The notes beneath the pieces are model-generated. The model made no database searches. It saw only the letters and a list, made by a program, of their open reading frames with translations, and had not been told where the DNA came from. A stretch of DNA of 63,961 bases, the filler included, from Octopus bimaculoides (Eukaryota): NCBI RefSeq assembly GCF_001194135.2. It is 6 parts of 5 records of this genome, joined end to end, with 100 filler letters (N's around TTAATTAATTAA, not from the genome) between each part and the next. Parts side by side here need not be neighbours in the genome. Positions count along the whole stretch, not along the records: positions 41,516 to 60,878 come from NC_068989.1; positions 60,979 to 62,487 come from NC_068981.1; positions 62,588 to 63,961 come from NC_068997.1; 3 more parts are not named here. One strand, written 5' to 3'. Positions 53,574 to 63,961 of the stretch are shown here, piece by piece; the stretch's first letter is position 1; each line of letters opens with the position of its first letter. The position numbers were made by a program, and so were the translations under genes.

Positions 53574-56394
53574 GCAGACAGACACTCAGATAGACAGACA
53601 GACAGACAGACAGATAAATTTTGTACTATTCATTTGTCGATAGATTCACAATATGAAATCATTGATTTATTTGAAAGTCATTAATGTTTCATATGCAAAA
53701 TCAAAATTGCTTTCACAAGAAAGAGTTTGACAGTTTGCAAAGTTACTACCGAACTATTCCTTCTAGATTCACATATACACCCACACAAACAACCCTCTAC
53801 ACATACTCACAAGAACTTAGATACTCACACGCAAGCGCACATTCAAAAACATTAATATCTACTTGCAATCATCTGTTACTGCCTAAATAATACTAAGTAT
53901 TTTGGTATATAAAATATTTATGAATACTTGCCAAGTGGAATATCTGAGACGGTAAATTAAAGATGAGGGCATTCGGTAAAATTGTTTAAACAAAATCGTT
54001 GGGTACTTATTCAGGTATCTCTCCATTCGTGTTTTCTGTTATTGTTTTGATAAAATATGTACGTTAGCACATAAGTATATGTAGCCATGTATGTATGTAT
54101 AAGGTATGTATATATATTGTAATATATGTCTATATATGTGTACGTGCATGTAGATACATGTGTGAATGTTACTAAATATGCGACATACGTATGTCAACAC
54201 ACACACACACACACACACACATACTTATACACACATGCATGTATATATATATATATACATAATACATACATACCTGAACATATATACATACAAACACACA
54301 GTTACGCGCGCGCGCGTGTTTTGCATGTACGTGTGAAGGCATATTCCGTGCTGAATCAACGACAAAATATATTTATTTATTGCATACCTTAATTTTAAAT
54401 TAACATTAACAAAGAACTTCACCTTTTTTTCTTCTCCCACGTCCTTTCATAATTAAAATTTCCATTTTAGAAATTTGCCATTAATACATTCAACAAATCG
54501 AGTTTTTGGTCTATTCAAGCTGCTAATTCATTTAGACATATGATGTGTGTGCATATATATTATATTTATGGGGATATCTGTATTTTGGTGGTGTGTATAC
54601 ATACATCCATATAAATACTTATCTTTAATAATTTACTGGATGCGCATATTCTGGTAGTTTCGAGCATGAAGTCCTGATTGCTGTTGTTATTTGTCATAAG
54701 AGAATACCTCCTCACTTTAGACTATGGGTATTCATAGCACATGAAATTTGCCGATGTAAGGGGAGTTTGGGGCATCGTAGTATTTTGACCTCTGCGTATC
54801 CTCAGACAAGCCTACCCCGCTGGACTATAAATACATAAGTACTTACGTGCATACATAATTGGATACGTATATACGCATCCGTGTGTGTATGTTTTCTTTT
54901 CCTCTTTTTAATTTAGAATTAATTTTCAACGGTCACCTTCTTGATAGGAAAGTTTTGAAATAAAACATCTTAGAGTGCTCATCATTCTTCAAACCACAAG
55001 AAGTTGTGGGAAATTTTTATTGTCCCAGATATCATGGTTATTTGTAGTGCATGAATTACACTAGAGAGAGAGATGAAGACAGACAGAAAAAGAGACACAG
55101 AGAGAGAAAGAAAGCAAGTGAGAAGTGTAGAATGAGGTACACACATAATTAACGGTCTGAAACATCTGCGATCTGTTTATGTTACGACCTCCTCTTTATC
55201 TACTAGTATTAACTCGAGTCAACGAGGAAGCTTCAGCCTGGATTCTCATACGTCCAGAATCAATAAGAAAATTCTTCATATTGAATAGTCAATGTAATCC
55301 CGGTTACAAAAAAGAACAAAAATTGGCTGATCACGGATGAAATATATTTGACCAGCGGTCTACATTATCAGGACTGATAATGAGCCAATAACAAATACGA
55401 CAACGATATTTACTAACTTTGCCTAAATGCGAAGTTGAGTTGTCTAGAGTATTCATCTAATTCCAGGACAATATATTGAATTTATGGAAGATTTAATTGC
55501 TATTTCTGGCAGGCCAAATAGCTGCGTTAAAACTTCTGTAATGCTTCGCTGTGCTTGATGAAAAATGATCTGAGAGCTTAGAGAAGATCACGGCTGTAGT
55601 GTAAAACCAATAATCAAATCATTTAATCAAACACTAAACAAATTCTGAAAAACTTGCGGTGGATTACGTAAGTAAAACAATTAGAGAAGTCTTCTATTTT
55701 AAGTACGTTTGCATGCCAAAACACGAGGAACCACACATCTGCTGTTTATTTATTTATTTATTTCAGTCTGAGACGTAGGATTAGTCATGAAACGTCAGAT
55801 ATATGTTATCTCCTAAAGCGAATTTATTCAAACTTATCAAACAGGCGAATTATTGAAACTTCAAATTTCTGACCATCCCCAAGGCTTCTACATTTACCAA
55901 ATTATAGTTCTCATTTACCAAGTTATATTCACAAGGCCTGAGATGATCCTGATCACAATGACATCGGAAGTTTTAGCATTAGTATGAGGGTTTTATCTCT
56001 AAACTGATGAAGTTTTTGCTGACAGGGAGGGAGAATGTACTGAGGTGCAAGTATATTTTTTACAGCCATTTTCAAATGCATGAGTACAGCAAATTGTTTG
56101 CCTCTATGCATTGAATTGTCTAGTCGAAATAAATCAATATTGATATGCTTATTATAATTGTACATTATTAATTATAGCTGCAAACTATGAGAAATGGAAA
56201 TCAAATTCTTGTTTCAGTTTGGCTTTGGAAGCTGGCATAACATCAAAGAAAATCCAACATTGCCATCGTCAAGATCAAAACTGATTGCATTTGTGGAAGT
56301 AACATACACCTTCGACATTTACTTCTCTCATTTATTTTTATGGTTTATCGATACTGAATAAAAGCCAAATCGTGTAAAGTGTTACTCACAGATG

Positions 56395-56438
<44 letters not shown>

Positions 56439-56602
56439 CGCGCGCAAGTACAAATGCACACCCACCCACATACATGCATGCATGCACACACTTAAACTCC
56501 CATGCATACACTGTATATGAGAATGAGAGTGTATGCATATATACATATACATATACATACGCATATGTGTATAAATACCTGTGTGTATGTACATATACAT
56601 AC

Positions 56603-56633
<31 letters not shown>

Positions 56634-57017
56634 NNNNNNNNNNNNNNNNNNNNNNNNNNNNNNNNNNNNNNNNNNNNNNNNNNNNNNNNNNNNNNNNNNN
56701 NNNNNNNNNNNNNNNNNNNNNNNNNNNNNNNNNNNNNNNNNNNNNNNNNNNNNNNNNNNNNNNNNNNNNNNNNNNNNNNNNNNNNNNNNNNNNNNNNNNN
56801 NNAAATGGAGTTGTTATGTTTGTGTGAATGTGTAGTTAACTATGAGTCTCAACACACACACATACACACAACACATACACACACATACACACAACACACA
56901 CACATACACACACACACATACACACACACATATATCTATATACATTACTTGTGGTTACATCCGCACCACGGTTCCTGCATACTCCCCATGAGTTTGGTCA
57001 CAATAATTTTTACCGAA

Positions 57018-57080
<63 letters not shown>

Positions 57081-57175
57081 NNNNNNNNNNNNNNNNNNNN
57101 NNNNNNNNNNNNNNNNNNNNNNNNNNNNNNNNNNNNNNNNNNNNNNNNNNNNNNNNNNNNNNNNNNNNNNNNNNN

Positions 57176-57235
<60 letters not shown>

Positions 57236-57609
57236 CTATATGAAGCTTTGATGAATACTAGTAAGCCATTTTCTATTTCCCTCTTATTGAATCGTAACAC
57301 GTTTAATCTATGTATAGAATACTATTGCTATATATGCCACACTGGTTCTCGCTCAATTTCAAAAGGCATTCAAAGAACATTTATAAATCTGACCTGAAAC
57401 ATACAAACAAGACAAAATAAGTATTAAAGAGCCACAGTGTAATAATATTCCTAAGTAACGAAACCGCTCTTTTGCACTAATATTTATTCAATAGTTGCTA
57501 TTGGATATCTTGAAAATACTACTCTAAAATTGACATAGTCTGCTATTAATTTTCTTCGTTTTATTCCATAGTATTAGTGATAATGAGTTTGCTGTCAATC
57601 TATTTACTT

Positions 57610-57661
<52 letters not shown>

Positions 57662-57973
57662 CTTACTCATAAATGCAATACCAACATGTATTTGTACCGG
57701 TACTCACATACGCACGCATATAAGTTTCAATAGTTATGCTAATGAGAGAATCTGTATGGTACATATCCGCTGATTTTTGTGCCTGCGCCAATATAAACCT
57801 ATCTATAATATACATATATAGTATACGTATATATTCATCTAAATTCTATGTAGTTTCCTCGCTTTCTTATAAACTTTCACACCCGGATATGTTCTATGTA
57901 TATGTATGCATACATGTACGTATTCATGTATATGTTTGACATATATACATGCATACATGGACACATACACGTG

Positions 57974-58062
<89 letters not shown>

Positions 58063-58362
58063 GTATGTATGTATGTATGTATATATATGTATGTATCTAT
58101 ATATGTATATATGTGTGTGTGTTTGTGTGTATATATAATATATATATATATGTATATAATTACATATATACATACGGTCACAAATGAACACACACACACA
58201 CACATATACAGAGAGAGAGAAACAGAGAGAAATAGATCGATAAATAGATAGTTAGCTGGATAGTTAGATAGATAGATAGATAGATAGATAGGTATGTAGA
58301 TAGATAGATAGGTATGTAGATAGATAGATAGTGAGAGATACATACGTGCATGTGCATACATA

Positions 58363-58415
<53 letters not shown>

Positions 58416-59525
58416 ACACACACACACACATTCATACATGTACTTAGATATATGCCTGTGTCACTCATCTTCCGTTTACCAGATCAATTCTCAAATCTTA
58501 AGTCGACCTGAAGCTATGTTAGGAGATACTTGTCCAATGTGTAATGCAATTGGCCTCAATATGAAACCGTATAGTTGTAAGAAACATCCTACCATACAGC
58601 TACATTGTCTTTGGGCTAAATTTACCAGTTTGCGTAAAAGGAAAGGAAAACACATCCCATTGAAAACTAAAAATATTTTAAAACAACAAAATTCATCAAT
58701 TAGATAATGGGTAGGAAAAAAATTTTACAAAATGTATGCTCTGGAACTTGGTGAATGCGTTCCTCACTATTTTGCAGGGAAGATCTTTGAACACTTCCTT
58801 GTTCTTGACTGACAGCTCTGCCTTGGTGTTGCAAGCGATGCTGGTGGCCAAGATTCAGAAGGTAAGGACAGAGAGCTCCACACACAGTAATCTATGTAAT
58901 ACAAGTCGGGGAATTAGGAGGCTGGAATTTGAGGCTGGAGAAGTAAAAATCTTCCGACAAACACTTTTGACACTTCTCGGAGTTGATGATGACACACATA
59001 TGCTCTCCGAATCCTGATGACAAACATATGTTCTCCCTGCAGCAACCCTTTCTATCCACGCTCTCCACTATCTTCACGTTGCCGTATAAACTGAACCTAA
59101 GTTCCTGTTCGAAGATAGCATCTTGATACAAAGATAGCGTCTTGATACAATCAGAACTCCTGCTGTGTCTCTTCTTGCTGGTAGTCTCCCTTCCAGTTGT
59201 TTATATCACGTCTTATAGTGTTTACAACACTCACAGAGCAATGGCAGCAGCCATGAAAGCGGAGGTTTTATACGCAGCATGATTTATCATAATGAGTTAA
59301 ATCTTTTCCAATATTCAGATGGTTTGCTATCGCCCATGTCAGCTAAAATTGTCTCAATTACATCTTTAATGTTAATCTTCTCTAACACCGTTGACTGTTC
59401 ACCAACACCCACGCTGCACACACAGACACAGAGAGAGAGAGAGAGACACACACACACACAACACACATGTACACACACACACATATATATATATACGCAG
59501 ACAGACACGCATCTGTATATATGTA

Positions 59526-60790
59526 CGAGGTTGGCATCAAAACGTTTCCAGATTAGCTATGTTTAACAAAAAAAAAAACCTTATTTCTCTAAGTTTTAGC
59601 ATCATCTGCTTCGAAATAGTCACCATGGGCAGCAATACACCATTCCCAGCGTTCCTGCCACTTTATGAATCTGGTATGGAAGTCGTTTTCCGTAAGCGAG
59701 TCGAGTGCCTTCTGTGATGTACTCAGGATCTCAACGACAGTTGTTAAAACGTTGGCCTTTGAGCTGTATTTTCATCTTGGAGAAGAGATGGAAGTCCGTA
59801 GATGCTTAGTTTGACGAATAGGATGGGTGCGGGAACGATAAAATGATTTTGGCGAGAAGCTCACGAGTGAGGACTACTCGGGGACAGGGTGCATTTGTGT
59901 CGCGAAGAATCTAATTTTTCGCGCTCCACAGATCCGGTCGCCTTAGCCGAACGTCCTCCTTCAGGCGCTTCGAAAAGTCACAGCAGAACTCTCGACTCAC
60001 GGTCTGACCCTGGGGGACCAATTCTCGATGCATAATACCGTGGATGTTGAATAAAACGATGAGCGTGCTCTTGATTGAGCTGCGACTCCGTTGTGCATCC
60101 TTAGGTCGTGGAGATGAAGGGCACTTCCATTGTGACAACTGCTTCTTCGTCTCAGGGTCTTACTAGTAAACCTAACATGCTGACTGAGATTTTGACAGAT
60201 TTCGACGCGATTTCTGCTCAGTGCTTGGCAGGTGGAGGACAAACCTGGCAGAGACACGCCGAATGTTCAAATTAGACATTAGGAATGTTTGCACGACTCT
60301 ATATGACAGACCGCCAACATCAGCAATGTCGTTAATTGTCTTCCGACGATCCTCATACGCAGGCTGATAAATTTCTCCACGCTTTTGGAGGCCACGCTCT
60401 TGGCACGTCTTCCAGATAGCTCATCGCCTTCAAGAGACGTTCTTCCGCTTTTGAAATGCCTGTGTTCGAAACATTGCTTATGAGGTATTGCCTCGTGGTT
60501 GTAAGTTTGACGAAGCATGCTTAATGTGTCTGTTGCAGATATCACAAGTTTAAAGCAAAATTTCCCACTGGTTCTTTATTCGAACTTCCTGTCCATGACA
60601 ACATCCCAGAATTCAGCGTAAATGTAATCACAAAAACACAAATTCCCCAACTTGCGACGTAAACACAGCGTTGTCACTCGCACACTGCCTCATGAAGGTG
60701 AATGCCAGCTCACATCACACATGCAACCGTGTGTTGCCATCTGCTGTTTCGCTACAGAACTAGTCCGGCAAAATTTTGACACCAACTCAT
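59526..60790 (-). mobile_element. Full-length decayed mariner (DD34D-type) element
   Basis: TA|CGAGGTTGGCATCAAAACGTTTCCAGATTAG with an imperfect inverted copy at ~60760-60790; motifs SQWK..SSPRPK, TLIVLFNIHGIMHRE, PHPSYSSN*ASTDFHLF.K.K..LKGQRF. Confidence 0.9.
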
Positions 60791-60833
60791 TTGTGCATAT
60801 GTACATATATGCACATATATATACTGTGTGTAT

Positions 60834-60878
<45 letters not shown>

Positions 60879-60978
60879 NNNNNNNNNNNNNNNNNNNNNN
60901 NNNNNNNNNNNNNNNNNNNNNNTTAATTAATTAANNNNNNNNNNNNNNNNNNNNNNNNNNNNNNNNNNNNNNNNNNNN

Positions 60979-61380
60979 AGAGTTACTACCTACTCCTTTA
61001 CTGCATACTGAGCAGGGCCATCTACCTGAAGGGGTTTGTGTTTTATCTACCTTCCTACTTATTAGGATTTTGGTTTTTGCTAGGTTGACTCTAAGGCCCT
61101 TCGATTCTAGTCCTTGCTTCCACACCTTAAACTTCTCCTCTAGTTCTGATAGTGACTGCGCAATTAGTGCAAGGTCATCAGCATAGAGGAGCTCCCAGGA
61201 GCAACCTGTCTTGAATTCCTCTGTGATCGCCTGGAGGACTATGATAAATAGGAGGGGGCTGAGGACGGAACCTTGGTGGACACCTACCTCTACCCGGAAT
61301 TCATTACTGTACTCATTTCCAGCCTTCACCTTACTGACAGCATCTCTATACATGGCTCGCACAGCTCTCACTAACCATTC
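60979..61380 (-). mobile_element. RTE LINE reverse-transcriptase fragment
   Basis: GVHQGSVLSPLLFIIVL...ELLYADDLAL...GLRVNLAKTK. Confidence 0.95.
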
Positions 61381-61607
61381 TTCTAAAAACACTCAATATG
61401 TGAAATACAATTAAATATAATCATATACCACAATTTGGCAAGTTCTCACAGACCTTACTGATATAGTCATCAGAGCTATGTTCATATGAACTTGCTTTGC
61501 CAAATGAGGAATTTATGTCTGATGATCATAGTTCACATAACTGAACTTATCAGAAAATACACACACACACACACACACACACATAATTTTACATATCTCC
61601 CTCATCC

Positions 61608-61643
<36 letters not shown>

Positions 61644-62154
61644 GCATACATGTGTCTGTGTAAATGAAGATTAACTAAGAGAAGTAATTTAGAACAGCAC
61701 TGGCTGCTCTAAATGTATTTGAACAACAAACGCAAATAAATATACATTAAATACAAGACAAATTTTTGATTTATTGAAATAATCTTTACTTCCAGAAAAG
61801 GTACAACAATTGCTGGTGGCAACTGAGACCAACTCCAAACAATAATGGGAGACAATCTCAACAATCACGATTTCTCCAAAATTGATATACCATTAAGAAA
61901 AAGAGAGTGATTGTCTAGAGACCAACAGACAGCTGCAGACATATGTTTGTGCCTCAATAGGCATTACAGACACCAGATGCCCTAAATTGTCTCCAGCAGA
62001 AGAGCGATTGATGCAATAAAGAGTGAAAGACACTAATTGTCAGGATAATTTACATAATTTTAACAAAAATGTGCTAAGACAAATAATTCAGAGTGGCCAG
62101 TTGCACTTATTTGAACTATGAAGATAAATAAAGGTATATTAAATATATAAACAT

Positions 62155-62487
62155 TTTTTGTTGGCACTCCGTCGCTTACGACATCGAGGGTTCCAGTTGA
62201 TCCAATCAACGGAACAGCCTGCTCGTGAAATTAACATGCAAGTGGCTGAGCACTCCACAGACACGTGTACCCTTAACGTAGTTCTCGGGGATATTCAGCG
62301 TGACACAGTGTGACAAGGTTGACCCTTTGAATTATAGGCATAACAGAAACAGGAAGTAAGAGTGAGAGAAAGTTGTGGTTGAAGAGTACAGCAGGGTTCG
62401 CCACCATCCCCTGCCAGAGCCTCGTGGAGCTTTAGGTGTTTTCGCTCAATAGACACTCACAACGCCCGGTCTGGGAATCGAAACCGC
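62155..62487 (-). mobile_element. tRNA-derived SINE, family C (CpG-intact copy), cut by gap
   Basis: Aligns with 16795-17133. Confidence 0.88.
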
Positions 62488-62587
62488 NNNNNNNNNNNNN
62501 NNNNNNNNNNNNNNNNNNNNNNNNNNNNNNNTTAATTAATTAANNNNNNNNNNNNNNNNNNNNNNNNNNNNNNNNNNNNNNNNNNNN

Positions 62588-62629
<42 letters not shown>

Positions 62630-62638
62630 GTTGTTGTT

Positions 62639-62695
<57 letters not shown>

Positions 62696-63138
62696 ATTTT
62701 ATTATTATTATCCAGTAGTCTTATTTTTATTACCCAACAATAATTGGCACTATCTTCACCTTCGTTTTCCATAGCCGGGCTATTTCGTACACAAAACAAA
62801 AACCAAGGCAGCACGAGTATGTCAAGTCATTTAGAACATTTAATTAGAGTAGGTGAATTTGAAGTATTTAATTAATTAATTAGTTAATTAATCAATTAAT
62901 TATTGGATGTCTTACAGCTGTTTCCGGGATGTCTCAAGTGATAACTTAGCATCTCCATACACTGGGTATTCAGTCATTAGGTGAGTCTGTATGAAAGTTG
63001 TAGACAGGGAATTCACAGTTTAGAAAGGAATAGAACAGTAGATAGAAGAATAAAGAGTAAAACAACAGATAAAAGAGAAGTGACAACTTCAGAGTAGGTG
63101 ATACCAGTATTGAGACTCAGTTTTTACGAATCGAGTAG

Positions 63139-63210
<72 letters not shown>

Positions 63211-63961
63211 TTATGTATGTGCGTATTTATGCATGCATGTATGTATGTATGTATGTATGTATGTATGTATGTATGTATGTATTATGTACCTTTGTATGTA
63301 TTTATATATGTATTTGTGCATGCATGTAATTATTTTTTCTGTGAACTTCCTATACTATTTCAGTTGAAAATGCCTCAAGGCTTACGTTATGTATTGCTTC
63401 ATTTTGCTACGATGTGATTTCAGGAAGATTTACTTGTCACCTGTAACAGGTCTGGCGCCCACATATAAGATTTCTCGATAAAATATTGATATGACTCAAC
63501 AGGTATTTGCAGAAAACACTTCACTGTGACGTAACTAGCAATATATGTGTGGAGGAGTGCTGTTGTTCAACAGCATGGTATGTTACCAATAACAAAAGAT
63601 AGGTTTTTAAAAAATGGACATTTCTACTGCAAACAGTTGTCTGGCTGAACAAATTCAAAACGAATGACATAATAAAGGTGCAGCTTCAGACAACCGAGTT
63701 ATAACAATGTAGTCTGTGTGTTGGCCTATATTATTCAGACAAACACTTTGACAAAAGGCTCGAGTAAAACTACTTAGGCAGGGCTACTTCAACATAAGGA
63801 CACTAAACATTTCCCAGCCGACCACATTTTGGTGCATTCTTTATTGTTTCTGCAAAGACCTTGACAGATGTGTACTGTAACAAGCAACTACCATCAATAT
63901 TAAGGGATTGTTGCTCAGCAATGTCGGTTCATGAGAGAATATATATATATATATATATATA

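Noticed and set aside
55765-55815. Hammerhead-ribozyme-like CTGA..GA...GAAAC
   Set aside because: Core lacks a nucleotide and stems II and III do not pair convincingly.
58700-59200. Cys/His-rich minus ORFs as a retroelement gag zinc knuckle
   Set aside because: No correctly spaced CX2CX4HX4C motif; interrupted by stops.

Overview
Eukaryotic, AT-rich, repeat-dense draft-assembly DNA with many microsatellites and N gaps. The SINE families and TTAGGG repeats look like a coleoid cephalopod, probably Octopus (inference from recalled repeat families, not a search). The only host gene I can support is part of an invadolysin / leishmanolysin-like metallopeptidase (LMLN, peptidase M8): four in-phase + strand exons at 20090-24107 encoding the third Zn-ligand His and the Met-turn. 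I could not find its HEXXH exon or its C-terminal exons. The rest is decayed transposons: Tc1/mariner (DD36E, DD37D-like, DD34D), R4/Dong and RTE LINEs, Helitron ends, several tRNA-derived SINE families and MITEs. Best second-look items: a Merlin-like MITE with an internal (CCCTAA)n/(TTAGGG)n palindrome, a 10-aa insertion next to the LMLN Zn-ligand His, a CpG-decay footprint over the LMLN contig, a DD36E Tc1 element, and internally deleted Dong elements at (TAA)n tracts. I found no convincing new multi-gene system. Most ORFs in the supplied track are microsatellite or gap artefacts. Exon, TIR and TSD coordinates were counted by hand; boundaries of decayed repeats are approximate.
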